Below are positions 7,807 to 17,046 of a stretch of DNA of 39,345 nt, piece after piece; the stretch's first letter is position 1; each line of letters opens with the position of its first letter. The DNA is from a virus. The DNA is taken from UHGV virus genome UHGV-0210810. One strand, written 5' to 3'. Below the pieces are notes generated by a model. That model made no database searches, was not told where the DNA came from, and was given only the letters and a program-made list of their open reading frames with translations. Made by a program: the position numbers and the translations under genes.

Positions 7807-8084
7807 TCCTCCAATCCTTTCCATTCCCACATATTATTTGTTTTGGTATCGCATATTAACCGCCCCTCTGGGCTTGTACATTCATCGGTTTCTTCGTCCA
7901 GCCATTTGCACCCCCAACAACCTCCATTATCATCGGCTGCTTCTTTCAGCCCTGCAACAGCAAGGTTTAGTTGTTTCTCTAGCTTTTCGATATACTCCGC
8001 AGCATACAAGAGATAAGGCTCTCCACCAACCCTCAGAATATCTTTGATTTTTTCGTTCATTTCAGGGTAAAGTTCCATAATCAT
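7803..8084 (-). CDS. Hypothetical Cys-containing protein
   Basis: Coupled ORF with CWGCKW...C...C and WEWKG end. Confidence 0.6.
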   Translation of the reverse strand: MIMELYPEMNEKIKDILRVGGEPYLLYAAEYIEKLEKQLNLAVAGLKEAADDNGGCWGCKWLDEETDECTSPEGRLICDTKTNNMWEWKGLEE

Positions 8085-8368
8085 TCCTCCCATTCCAAAA
8101 GCTGTCCGCATACAGGACATTTATCATAGTGTGGATTTTCCCAATATCCACCGGGACACACCTCTCCTAATATGTTTGAGCAATTTGGACAGACGGTTGG
8201 TTTCCAAAGTTTTGAAGTTACATTAACCGGAATCCTTAATTTAACAGATTCGATAGCGTGTTCAAGTGCAAGGTTAATGTCTAGCATTGAATAACGACTA
8301 GGGAATCCACCATATTTCTTGATTGATTCCAGTATCTTTAAGTATTGTTTTTCAAGGTCGTAGTACAT
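8081..8368 (-). CDS. Zn-ribbon hypothetical protein
   Basis: CPNC...CPVCGQLLEW. Confidence 0.7.
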   Translation of the reverse strand: MYYDLEKQYLKILESIKKYGGFPSRYSMLDINLALEHAIESVKLRIPVNVTSKLWKPTVCPNCSNILGEVCPGGYWENPHYDKCPVCGQLLEWEE

Positions 8369-8370
8369 AA

Positions 8371-8694
8371 TCAGTCATCCTCCAAAATCATCTTAACTCC
8401 ACACGCAGGACAGTAGTTCCACCCAATTTGCGTTTCTATATTTCTTCCACATAAACACCGAGAACAATGACAATGATTTTTTGCATCTAAAATCCATTTA
8501 CCATACACCACCGGCGCAACATCGGCGGCAGGAATATCGCTGATAACATCTTCTAACGCAGTCAATCCGTTTTCTGCTCCGACATAATTCATTTCTTCTA
8601 AACAATCTCCTGATTGCTTTCTTTCTTCCTCATAAAATAATTTTTGCTTTGAAATCTGGTCTAAAAACACTAATTTATCAATATATTCAGACAT
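8371..8694 (-). CDS. Zn-ribbon paralogue 3
   Basis: MSEYI...PAADVAPVVYGKW...CSRC...NYCPACGVKM. Confidence 0.75.
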   Translation of the reverse strand: MSEYIDKLVFLDQISKQKLFYEEERKQSGDCLEEMNYVGAENGLTALEDVISDIPAADVAPVVYGKWILDAKNHCHCSRCLCGRNIETQIGWNYCPACGVKMILEDD

Positions 8695-8696
8695 TT

Positions 8697-8984
8697 CTAT
8701 CCCTCCAAATCCATCTTTGCACCACAATCGGGGCAAAAATTACGACCTACTTCGTGTTTTCCTGTTTTGTAGTTGCATACGCTACATACGTCACATCCTG
8801 ACAGATGAATCCACTTACCGTGAACCACAGGAACAGCATCGACGGTAGGTAATTTCCATAACATAGCCCCAATTTCCTCGGAAGAACATTTACTTGATTT
8901 TAAAATGGTTGTACACCCATCATTTTCAGGGTATTCCTGATAAAACAGATCAGCAACTTTGTTAAGTTCTACATATTTTGGCAT
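8697..8984 (-). CDS. Zn-ribbon paralogue 2
   Basis: PTVDAVPVVHGKW...CSVC...NFCPDCGAKMDLE. Confidence 0.75.
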   Translation of the reverse strand: MPKYVELNKVADLFYQEYPENDGCTTILKSSKCSSEEIGAMLWKLPTVDAVPVVHGKWIHLSGCDVCSVCNYKTGKHEVGRNFCPDCGAKMDLEG

Positions 8985-9283
8985 TATTCACCATCCTCCA
9001 AATCCATTTTTGCACCGCATCTTGAGCAGTAATTCGACAAAACTTCCACAACTTCGTTATTGTCATCGTTATAGTTAAACGCTTGATCTTTACAATTTGA
9101 GCAATAATGGAATCCTCTATCTTGCTCGTTTTGGTATTCTAGCCATTTTCCATGAATCATAGGAGCAACGTCGGCGGCGGGCAACGCTTGTATTTCACCA
9201 TGCAGCGTGTCCATGCTCCAGCCCCATGCCTGTGCGCTTTCTAGCAGTTTAAGCACCTGTTCGCGTTTGATGTATTCGCTCAT
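8984..9283 (-). CDS. Zn-ribbon paralogue 1
   Basis: MSEYI...PAADVAPMIHGKW...CSNC...NYCSRCGAKMDLE. Confidence 0.75.
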   Translation of the reverse strand: MSEYIKREQVLKLLESAQAWGWSMDTLHGEIQALPAADVAPMIHGKWLEYQNEQDRGFHYCSNCKDQAFNYNDDNNEVVEVLSNYCSRCGAKMDLEDGE

Positions 9284-9873
9284 TGTCTCCCCCTCCTATA
9301 CCACTCGTTAAACTCCGGACGCTTTAGTGTATCAATGATTGTAGCAAGAAGCCCAGGGAAGTACTTTTCTGCGTTTCGGAGCTTTATAGCTTTGGATTGG
9401 TTACTACTATCTGCGATTTCTTGCGCCTTTTGCAAGCAATCTATCATCCGGTACTTGTGCTCATATATCGTGTGTGGGCAATTATCTTTTCCGGCTCTTT
9501 CAACCTCTCGGATAAGGAAGGGCAAGTCATCTCGCAATTCGTAAAGAGCTATCGCTACAACCCGTGGAAGTTCGTCCAAAATCATGGATAGCCAGAATAT
9601 CATTGGGTCTGTGATTTTGTTTTCTGGTTTTTTACCGCATCTCTTCTCGTGCTCTACAGCTTCTTCCTTTGTCGGAAATGTCTTGTTGCAGTAATCACAC
9701 TGCCATGTTTGTCGCATTATTTTTCCCTCCTTGTCCGCTTCCACCAACTCTTTCAGGTGTTCGAGGTCGTATTCGTCACCGAGGATGTTTTCGATTTCTT
9801 GAAGCCTATAAACGGCATTGTATGCTTCACCTAATACATCCCATCGTGTTTTGAGATTTGTTATTCGTTTCAC
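9280..9873 (-). CDS. Hypothetical protein with C2H2/C2HC-like zinc finger
   Basis: WQCDYCNKTFPTKEEAVEHEKRC. Confidence 0.7.
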   Translation of the reverse strand: MKRITNLKTRWDVLGEAYNAVYRLQEIENILGDEYDLEHLKELVEADKEGKIMRQTWQCDYCNKTFPTKEEAVEHEKRCGKKPENKITDPMIFWLSMILDELPRVVAIALYELRDDLPFLIREVERAGKDNCPHTIYEHKYRMIDCLQKAQEIADSSNQSKAIKLRNAEKYFPGLLATIIDTLKRPEFNEWYRRGRQ

Positions 9874-10244
9874 TTTAAATCCCCTCCTTTAATTCCTCCC
9901 ATTCGCTCCACAGCCTCCATCAGCAAGGCAATCACCTTGTCTTTATCGGCGTTCGGCGAGTGGTTTTCTTTCCGCGCCGCGCAGATCAACTCCCCTGCGC
10001 GGATCATATTTTGATTGTAAATCTGGTAAATTTTAAATCTTTGATTTTCTTCGCGTTTTGCATCTATAAAAAGGCGTTCTGCCCTTTCTTTTTCCTCCAG
10101 TGCGCGGTGGCTCGTAACAACCCCCAGCTTCCAGTTCCCCAAAATCATCGAGATAGTAGCATACGCTAACTGTTCCGACTGACTGCTGATTTTTGGCATA
10201 GTTGAGCCATTTTTGGCATATTCTACAATCGAAAGAAAATCCAT
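9870..10244 (-). CDS. Hypothetical protein
   Basis: 124 aa ORF with an AAGGGG RBS, coupled to the next gene. Confidence 0.65.
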   Translation of the reverse strand: MDFLSIVEYAKNGSTMPKISSQSEQLAYATISMILGNWKLGVVTSHRALEEKERAERLFIDAKREENQRFKIYQIYNQNMIRAGELICAARKENHSPNADKDKVIALLMEAVERMGGIKGGDLK

Positions 10245-10259
10245 TTTCTATCCCCTTCT

Positions 10260-10483
10260 AAACATTCAGCGTAACCATGTAAACGTAACATTGTGTTTTG
10301 CACACTTTATATAAAAAATAAAAATATTAAAATATTATAAATTATTATTTTTTTAAATCTTTATAGGTATATTAGTTACATAGTTACTTTATAGGTGTAA
10401 TATATTTATATATCGCTTATTTATGCGGTTTCTTTGGTGTAACCGAGTTTGCAACCAGCAAGCAACTAAGTTTAAGCTAGTTA
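10260..10483. other. Putative replication origin
   Basis: Non-coding, very AT-rich core (about 10305-10415) flanked by repeated GTAAC/GTTAC/GCAAC motifs, directly after the VapE helicase gene. Confidence 0.6.
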
Positions 10484-11953
10484 TCAAAAAGGGAGGTCAG
10501 AGCCGAGGTTTTTGCTGGAAATTTGCTTAACCCAGCACCTCTGTACTCCCCATCGGCTAGTGCGTTGTACACTTGGCACCTTAATCCAACCGGGCGCGCC
10601 TTGCATGACAAGCGCGAGCTCGTTGCTGTCCTTGCGCGTTGGCTTAAAACTCTCACCCAACGCCTGCTGCCATAGCTCGATGATGCACACGCTCTCGCCC
10701 TCTGATTTGCCATCCAGATACGCTTTTACCATGCCGACCCGGTAATCGTCCTCCAACGCGCTCTCTTGGCGGTACTGCGCTTCCGGCAGGATAGATTTGT
10801 CCAGTACCGGCGGCAGCTCGCCCTTTTGGTAGAGCGCATAAGCCTCTGCCCAGCACTGCTCGATATACTCTTGTATCTCTGCCTTGTGCTCAAACAAGTC
10901 GCGCCCCGAGCTGTTGCACTCTACCGGGTAATATCGTCGGTTTCCGGTCTTGTCGGTCAAAAACTCCGCCGTGTTGGTCGTGCCGATAAAGATGCATTGC
11001 CGGGGATTTTCAGTCACACGCTTATCGTAAGGCTTGCGGTATGTATCAGTTTGCCGTGAAAAGTAGCTCTTTGCCGCCTCCACCTCTTTGGTACGCTTGA
11101 GGGCGAGCAGCTCGCTCACCTCGCAAATCCAGCCTCCTTCTACAGCCTCTACGCCCCTCTGCCCGTCAATCTCGTTTACCTCTCGGAAAAACTTGTCGTC
11201 CATTGCCAGCCAACGAATGATGGTGGACTTGCCCTCGCCCTGCTTCTTCCCAATCAGCACCGCCATGTCCTCAAATTTGCACCCGGGATTAAAAGCCCTG
11301 TGGATACCGCCGGCGAAAATGAGCCGGGAAACCTCCTCAGAGTACGGGCAATCGTCCACCTTGAGCCACTCAATTAAAAAGCGCTTAATGCGTGGTTTGC
11401 CGTCCCAAGTGATGGATTGGATTTTCTCCCGCACCGGGTGATACCGGCGCTGATTAAATCGCACCCTGAGCGCATCGTCCAGCTTTTGGGGGCTGTAAAT
11501 GCAGTAGTTTTGCTCGATATATCCGCGCAACCAACTATCGTCCTCGTCTTTCCATCGCCTGATCTCCCCGCTGCTGATGCACTCGGGAGCGTTGGAAAGC
11601 TCGTTGTATAGGAGATAATCCTTCAAGAGCGGGTCATTTTCTAAAATAGAAAGAAAATTTTCGATTGTTAGCTGGGGGTTCTTCCCGCCGTCAAACTTTA
11701 ATGGTACGGTGCCTTGCTTGGTAAGCTCATGCTTTACTTCAGACTTGTTGTAATTCTTTTCTTTTTCCTTAAAAGCTTTCAACGTCTTTTTAAACTCTGT
11801 TTTCGTTCGAAGCTCTGCAGCTCGCTTTTCCAATGCTTGAAAAGTCCGCTCGTATTTTACAGGGTCAGCGATTTCTAGCAGAGATAAAAACACATCATCT
11901 TTCAAAATATCTGCACATGAAAGGCAATCAATCGCCTCTTGTGTAAAGTCCAT
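10484..11953 (-). CDS. VapE/VirE-family ATPase (replicative helicase)
   Basis: YHPVRE, WDGKPRI, PGCKFE, Walker A GKKQGEGKST, YRKPY and FIGTTN..EFLTDKTGNRRY. Confidence 0.92.
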   Translation of the reverse strand: MDFTQEAIDCLSCADILKDDVFLSLLEIADPVKYERTFQALEKRAAELRTKTEFKKTLKAFKEKEKNYNKSEVKHELTKQGTVPLKFDGGKNPQLTIENFLSILENDPLLKDYLLYNELSNAPECISSGEIRRWKDEDDSWLRGYIEQNYCIYSPQKLDDALRVRFNQRRYHPVREKIQSITWDGKPRIKRFLIEWLKVDDCPYSEEVSRLIFAGGIHRAFNPGCKFEDMAVLIGKKQGEGKSTIIRWLAMDDKFFREVNEIDGQRGVEAVEGGWICEVSELLALKRTKEVEAAKSYFSRQTDTYRKPYDKRVTENPRQCIFIGTTNTAEFLTDKTGNRRYYPVECNSSGRDLFEHKAEIQEYIEQCWAEAYALYQKGELPPVLDKSILPEAQYRQESALEDDYRVGMVKAYLDGKSEGESVCIIELWQQALGESFKPTRKDSNELALVMQGAPGWIKVPSVQRTSRWGVQRCWVKQISSKNLGSDLPF

Positions 11954-11957
11954 CAGT

Positions 11958-12467
11958 TTATTCCCTCCTTTCCTGTTCAATTTCAGCATCCAGCCGCTCT
12001 ATCTCTGCCGTTATCAACGCCTTTTCTTGCGCTTGCTCATGGGTAGTGGCTTCCATCCCTTTGCATTTGAGCCACTGTGCGCGTCTATACAGCACTTTTT
12101 GTTTTAAGCTATCCTGTTTCGCTTTTTGCTCAAAAACTCGCCTATCCCGCTCCTGCTCGCGCTGGATAACCTCTCGCAGGCTCTGTTTTTGTCCGATAAG
12201 CCCAAGATGGAAATCGCTGTCCAGTTTTGCCGCCGCCTGCCGGAATCCGTAGTGCTCCATCTCCATCACAAAATCAATCACGCTGCCGCCCTTGCCACAG
12301 CCAAAGCAGTGCCAGCTGTTTTGCTCAGGGTACACTTTCAAGCTCGCATCCCTGTCCCCGGCGTGGAACGGGCAGTGTATAAATCCTGCCCGCCCCGGTT
12401 CCAGGTGGTAAAGGGCAAGCACATCGGAGATACGCACTCTGTCTTTAATTTCCCGTGCTAAATCCAT
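11958..12467 (-). CDS. CHC2 zinc-finger (primase Zn-binding domain) protein
   Basis: CPFH..D..SL...WHCFGCGKGGSVIDFVM; no TOPRIM domain recognised. Confidence 0.9.
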   Translation of the reverse strand: MDLAREIKDRVRISDVLALYHLEPGRAGFIHCPFHAGDRDASLKVYPEQNSWHCFGCGKGGSVIDFVMEMEHYGFRQAAAKLDSDFHLGLIGQKQSLREVIQREQERDRRVFEQKAKQDSLKQKVLYRRAQWLKCKGMEATTHEQAQEKALITAEIERLDAEIEQERRE

Positions 12468-12469
12468 CG

Positions 12470-12979
12470 TTACGCCTGCCCTTCTAGGTAAATTTTTGTT
12501 TCATAGCGGAGAATCGCTGCTATCATCTTGCCGGTAAGCTCTGGCGTGCAAAAGTAGACTCTTGCATCATATCGGGCTTGCCATGCTAGGATTGATGCTG
12601 TAAGCGCCTGTGGCTTCATCTGGCTGCGGTACCTGCCGGCGTGTATCTTTTCCCAGCTTGCGTTCTCAATCAGCAGGTGGAGGCGCGTGCCTGCCTGTTG
12701 CGCTCGCTCAAACTCTCGTTCAAATCGCTTACGCTCTCGGGTAAAGCACTGGCACAGCTCATCTAGGCTCATTTTGCGCTCTACCACCACAGGCACCCGG
12801 CACAGCTCACCATCCAGCTCGATCTCGCAGCCATAGTCCCCGGCATCCAGCTTTTCACGCCGCCATCGGGGGAAGTCCTCTTTGCGTTTGCGGGCGCGCT
12901 CTGTATCCTGCTCGCGGGTATCAATCAGCACTGTGAGGGATTCCAGCGCGTCCCGAATCTCAAAAGGTGTGTAGCTCAT
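12470..12979 (-). CDS. ERCC4-domain nuclease (probable resolvase)
   Basis: IDTREQ, LDAGDY and VERKMSLDEL motifs. Confidence 0.9.
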   Translation of the reverse strand: MSYTPFEIRDALESLTVLIDTREQDTERARKRKEDFPRWRREKLDAGDYGCEIELDGELCRVPVVVERKMSLDELCQCFTRERKRFEREFERAQQAGTRLHLLIENASWEKIHAGRYRSQMKPQALTASILAWQARYDARVYFCTPELTGKMIAAILRYETKIYLEGQA

Positions 12980-12982
12980 GGC

Positions 12983-13561
12983 TTAAAACGGGAGGTCTTC
13001 TTCGTCCGTATCTGCTGCAATGTCCACGCTTACCGGTTTTTGGCTTGCATCTAAGGGCTTGTCCGCTGGGAGTTTAAATTCGCCGCTTCTCACTTTTGCT
13101 ACATCGATAAAACTGTGCGGCTGTGCGCTCCATCCGGTTTTGCCGTTGTAAGCCCACTCTCTGTCTTGATACAGGCAGCCTACAATCTTGCCTTTGAGCC
13201 CTTTTTCGTTCCAATCCCATTGGTAGCCCGGGTTACTATCCTCGATAGCCTGTGTCGCACGCTTAAATGTTTTTTTGGTCCACTCGTCCTTGTCTGTGCC
13301 GTCTTCCTTCGGAACATACAGGCGCATTACGCCCTTCCACTTTTTGTCCTCCTGAGTCTGCGCATCGAAGTTCCGGCGGTAAAATCCTGCAAATTCACCG
13401 GTTGCAATCTCAAAGGCGATTTCCAGCTTGCTAAAGGCACTTCCATCCTTGCCGGTATAAGTTACCTCCTTAGCATCCATGATTTTTACCTCATAAGCGC
13501 CCTTTGGCAGCTTCTCGAAGTCGCTTACCTGTACGTTTTCGTATCCTGCAAATGGTTTCAT
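12983..13561 (-). CDS. Phage SSB-like protein (DUF669-type)
   Basis: LPKGAYEVKI, acidic DEEDLPF tail, adjacent to Sak4-like gene. Confidence 0.7.
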   Translation of the reverse strand: MKPFAGYENVQVSDFEKLPKGAYEVKIMDAKEVTYTGKDGSAFSKLEIAFEIATGEFAGFYRRNFDAQTQEDKKWKGVMRLYVPKEDGTDKDEWTKKTFKRATQAIEDSNPGYQWDWNEKGLKGKIVGCLYQDREWAYNGKTGWSAQPHSFIDVAKVRSGEFKLPADKPLDASQKPVSVDIAADTDEEDLPF

Positions 13562-13564
13562 AAT

Positions 13565-14197
13565 TTATTCTACTCCTTTATTATTATTATCTAATCCCCA
13601 GTACTCTCGGATAGCAGTGTCTACAGCTTTCAAATCGTTGTCAATCCTGTCCTCTGCAAACATATCCATCGGGGTTTTTACGGTATCTGAGCCGCTGCTG
13701 TGGGTTTGGAAAAAATACTCTCCTTTTTCGGTCCGCGCCATCAATACAATGGAGAACAGCCCCTCCAAAGTGAGCTTTTCGTCCAGCATCCTCCCAACCG
13801 TTTTAGCTTTGATTTTACCTTGCTCGTCCTCCTGCACATGGTGCAAAAAATACACAATGCAATCCTCCGGCGTGCGCTTAATCACAAACTGGATTAAATC
13901 ATAAAAGTTTTTTGCCATGTCTGTAAATTTGCCATAGCCGGTTTCTTTAGCTTTGTCAAACATCTCAAACACCAACAGATACTGGCTATCATCGATTACA
14001 TAGCGCTTGAGACTTGGCTTTGATAGCGCTTTTAAGATGGTGTGGTATGCCGCGTTATCAATCTTTTTGAGCGGCTTGCGAAACGGCAGGGGCTTGCTGG
14101 CAACGTTAAAAATGCCAACCTCGTCCGGCTCAAAATTGCGCAACGATGCAGATTTCCCGCTACCGCTCTCGCCTAGAATCATCACCGGAATCCCCAT
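13565..14197 (-). CDS. AAA_24/Sak4-like ATPase (recombinase)
   Basis: Walker A GESGSGKS, Walker B VIDDSQY and KTPMDMF. Confidence 0.82.
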   Translation of the reverse strand: MGIPVMILGESGSGKSASLRNFEPDEVGIFNVASKPLPFRKPLKKIDNAAYHTILKALSKPSLKRYVIDDSQYLLVFEMFDKAKETGYGKFTDMAKNFYDLIQFVIKRTPEDCIVYFLHHVQEDEQGKIKAKTVGRMLDEKLTLEGLFSIVLMARTEKGEYFFQTHSSGSDTVKTPMDMFAEDRIDNDLKAVDTAIREYWGLDNNNKGVE

Positions 14198-14421
14198 TAG
14201 TCTCTCTCCTCTCCTGCATCCCTTAGCGGGCAATCCTCATCAATCTTGAGCTCCGCAAACGGCAAAATCTCGCCTGTAATGCTGCAAACCTCGCGCTTGT
14301 GGTTACTCGGGTCCGCTACGCAAAAGGGGCAAAACCTGCAAACATCCTGCCCTTCTGGAAAGTGCACTTTGCTCACCAACACCTTTGTGATGTACCGGCT
14401 GCATCCGCCTCGCTCTCTCAC
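14197..14421 (-). CDS. Small Cys-rich hypothetical protein
   Basis: CRFCPFC...CSITGE...CPL; coupled to neighbours. Confidence 0.6.
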   Translation of the reverse strand: MRERGGCSRYITKVLVSKVHFPEGQDVCRFCPFCVADPSNHKREVCSITGEILPFAELKIDEDCPLRDAGEERD

Positions 14422-14825
14422 TCCAGTTTCCTCCTCACATACTCCAAAAATTCCGCATCATCCTGGCAAAAATCCACCTTTTGCTGCTCGATGTATTCCT
14501 TTTGCAGCGGTTTAAGTCCCTCTGTCAGATACCCGGCTTTTACCACTCTGAGCTGCTCGTCCGGGTCTGCATTGGCAAACAGCCAGTCGAGCCAAAACTC
14601 TGCCTCATTTTGGACGATATACTCTGGCACGAAGTCCGCACCCTGGCTCTCCAGATAATCATGCAAGCAATCGTTGCACACCCTGTCGCCATTGCCAAAA
14701 ACCGCAATCTCGGTATCCGGCACCCACTGGTCGCACGTATCGCATCGGCTGCACTCTACATCTTGGCACTGCGGGTCGTGGCGTTCAGCGCCTACAATCA
14801 TGCCGTTTTCTATTGATTTGTCCAT
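14418..14825 (-). CDS. Hypothetical zinc-binding protein
   Basis: CDTC...CNDC; GGAGGA RBS. Confidence 0.65.
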   Translation of the reverse strand: MDKSIENGMIVGAERHDPQCQDVECSRCDTCDQWVPDTEIAVFGNGDRVCNDCLHDYLESQGADFVPEYIVQNEAEFWLDWLFANADPDEQLRVVKAGYLTEGLKPLQKEYIEQQKVDFCQDDAEFLEYVRRKLE

Positions 14826-15166
14826 TGCCTTTCCTCCTCCAATCTCGGCGCCATTACTACATCGCAAAACCGATTGACAAAACATCTGACGCCGGGCTTT
14901 TTGCGGCATAGCCGGATGCAAAACAGCGATTCTGTGGCAGATGTAGGAAAATCCCACATCCTGCTGATAGCCTGCTCAACCACGCGGATAACCGTGCTTG
15001 TACTTACGCCCATCTGCTCGGCTGTCTTATCGTACAGCCTGCATATCGGCTGCTTGCGCTCTGGGTCGCACATTATCATATAAGCGAGCCATTCTCTCGC
15101 TCGCCCTTTCGGGATGCCGATGGATGCCAGTTGCAGCTGTACCCACCGCTCATTTATTTTTATCAT
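14810..15166 (-). CDS. Stand-alone Spo0A C-terminal (effector) domain-like protein
   Basis: L..IGIP, LY...A..MGVSTSTVIR...AI...W, SLF and KP...FV...D match the Spo0A_C pattern; no receiver domain. Confidence 0.7.
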   Translation of the reverse strand: MIKINERWVQLQLASIGIPKGRAREWLAYMIMCDPERKQPICRLYDKTAEQMGVSTSTVIRVVEQAISRMWDFPTSATESLFCIRLCRKKPGVRCFVNRFCDVVMAPRLEEERQWTNQ

Positions 15167-15253
15167 TGATTTTCTTCTCCTTTTCTGCTACGATGGAGAT
15201 GGATATTCTTTCTTTTGCCGCTCGCAGTCTGCTACACTGCCGGCGGCTTTTTT
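15166..15253 (+). ncRNA. Candidate antisense sRNA unit within the early operon
   Basis: TTGATT-N17-TACGAT with TG extension, then a GCCGC...GCGGC-T6 terminator. Confidence 0.45.
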
Positions 15254-15485
15254 ATACCTTGCCTCTGGCTCTCCCGCCCTTGATGTCCATACACATCCGG
15301 CGCAGGTAAGAGGACCTGAAATTTTCATGTAGATGCCGCACCTCGGTGTAATAGATGCGGGCGTTGCGCTCGTCTATGTAGTCATACGCAATCTTGGTAG
15401 GACAATCCGCACACTCCTCTGGCATCCCCTGCCATTGGCAGTGCGCGCAGGTTTCTCGGTATACCTTTTCGGGTCCGCTTTTCAT
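15252..15485 (-). CDS. Hypothetical protein
   Basis: CAHC...CADC; coupled. Confidence 0.6.
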   Translation of the reverse strand: MKSGPEKVYRETCAHCQWQGMPEECADCPTKIAYDYIDERNARIYYTEVRHLHENFRSSYLRRMCMDIKGGRARGKV

Positions 15486-15646
15486 CCCGCTCGCCTCTCG
15501 TCTCTTGTCTTGCGCTGCATCTCTGCCTTGATTTCTCGGGATTCCTGCCGGGCGCAGATCACCTCAATCACCCATCCGGCAATCCCTGCCAAAATCAAGC
15601 CGCCAAACAGCAGCGCACTTCCTATAAATGCTGTAATGCCAATCAT
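15482..15646 (-). CDS. Small membrane protein
   Basis: Hydrophobic N-terminus; AAGGAG RBS. Confidence 0.55.
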   Translation of the reverse strand: MIGITAFIGSALLFGGLILAGIAGWVIEVICARQESREIKAEMQRKTRDERRAG

Positions 15647-15876
15647 TTTTGATTCTCCTTTGTGTTTGTAAAATATTCCTCGATTTCCGCCAGCGGAATA
15701 TTGAGCAGCTTGCAAATCCTAATCGCATCTACTACCGGCACACGCTCGGGGTTTCGCAGCCAACCGCTTACCGTTGCTTGGCAGTGATATAGCGGCTCGG
15801 CAAGTGTCCGCGAGTTGTATCGGTTTTCCTCCATTTTCTCGGCAAGTTTTGGATGCCACTTTGGTTTTTGCATCAC
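15643..15876 (-). CDS. HTH protein
   Basis: LAEPLYHCQATVSGWL...DAIRICKLLNIP..EIEEYF. Confidence 0.7.
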   Translation of the reverse strand: MMQKPKWHPKLAEKMEENRYNSRTLAEPLYHCQATVSGWLRNPERVPVVDAIRICKLLNIPLAEIEEYFTNTKENQK

Positions 15877-16082
15877 TCATCCTCCCTTACAAAGTACTTG
15901 TGCATCTCTACCGGCTCAATGTCCAGTAAAGCACACAATTTGGCAGCTTCGCACACTCGGAATTTCCATGGCTGGCGAAGTTTCTGCGATACATAATCTG
16001 CACTTCTTCCCAGCTCTTTGGCTAGCCTCTGGATGCTGTATCCGCGTTCTGCCATCTTGCCTTTTAAGAGATTAAGCATCAA
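15873..16082 (-). CDS. HTH protein (DUF739/Cro-like)
   Basis: LKGKMAERGYSIQRLAKELG...KLCALLDI...YF. Confidence 0.75.
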   Translation of the reverse strand: MMLNLLKGKMAERGYSIQRLAKELGRSADYVSQKLRQPWKFRVCEAAKLCALLDIEPVEMHKYFVREDE

Positions 16083-16851
16083 TCTTCGCCCTCCCGCTTA
16101 CAAACAGATTTACAAAGTACACCTGCCCCTTGCCTGTAACCTTCGGGGTTTTGCTTACATGGATGTGCCCGTCACTGTGGGTGATGGTAGTTTCTTTAAT
16201 CTCAAACAGCCCCATCTCCATCGCCCTTTGCGTTGGCATATTGTAGTCGCTGCCCTGCCGGCGGATTAAATAGCCGTTGTTTCGCAGCCACTCAAACAGG
16301 CGGTTCTGCCCAATGTTGATACCGTTCTGCTTGAGCAGCTTTGCCAGCTCGCCAATCAGGATGGATGTTTTTGCAGCTTCCACCGACTCTGCAAACAGCA
16401 CCTTCGGTTTCTGTTCTTCCATTTTTACTTCCAGTGCCCTGCGCTTTTCTTGCTCGGCTTTGAGGTTCTGCGCTAACTGGATGAGGGTATCAGGCTTTAG
16501 CAGCACTTCTTCCAGCTTGTCCGGTGTCATGTATGCGCCGTGCTTGTGAATGGTCGGAAGCACCTCATCAAACACCCAGCTTTCAAATTTTTCTGCCGCT
16601 GGGAGTTTAGAATGAGCTATTAGGCGGTAAACATCGCCTTTTGGAATAAATGAAAAGCTTTGCATCCCACCGTTTGAAAGGATGTCGTGTTTCGCGACGC
16701 CCTTTTTACAATGCCTTCTGATAGCGTCCCTTGGGTTACTGTATCCTAAAGCCCTTGCTACATCGGCGGCACAAAACAAAACTTCTTCTTTGTCCTCCAA
16801 TGTTCTGATTTCCCCAAATTCTGGATTATTGAAAATCTGTAAGTCGTTCAT
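16072..16851 (-). CDS. Phage antirepressor (BRO-N + ANT/KilAC)
   Basis: FNNPEFGEIR, DVARALGY, EVLPTIHKHGAY; KPKVLFA...GQNRLFEWLR...TPKVTGKGQVYF. Confidence 0.92.
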   Translation of the reverse strand: MNDLQIFNNPEFGEIRTLEDKEEVLFCAADVARALGYSNPRDAIRRHCKKGVAKHDILSNGGMQSFSFIPKGDVYRLIAHSKLPAAEKFESWVFDEVLPTIHKHGAYMTPDKLEEVLLKPDTLIQLAQNLKAEQEKRRALEVKMEEQKPKVLFAESVEAAKTSILIGELAKLLKQNGINIGQNRLFEWLRNNGYLIRRQGSDYNMPTQRAMEMGLFEIKETTITHSDGHIHVSKTPKVTGKGQVYFVNLFVSGRAKIDA

Positions 16852-17046
16852 CTAATCTTCCTTTCTACACCCTAATCTCACTGTTTTTCTGGTTTCCTCA
16901 AATTGCTTAAGGTCGCTTTCCTGCACCATATAACTTTTACCAATCTTAAGTGCAGGCAGATTCTTTTTGCGAATCCAATCGTATACAGTAGTGATTTGCA
17001 CTTCGTATCTGTTGGCAATTTCTTCACACCGATAGAGTTTTTCCAT
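16852..17046 (-). CDS. Excisionase-type HTH (Cro/Xis)
   Basis: EEIANRYEV...TVYDWIR...LPALKIGKSYMV; first gene of the lytic operon. Confidence 0.8.
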   Translation of the reverse strand: MEKLYRCEEIANRYEVQITTVYDWIRKKNLPALKIGKSYMVQESDLKQFEETRKTVRLGCRKED

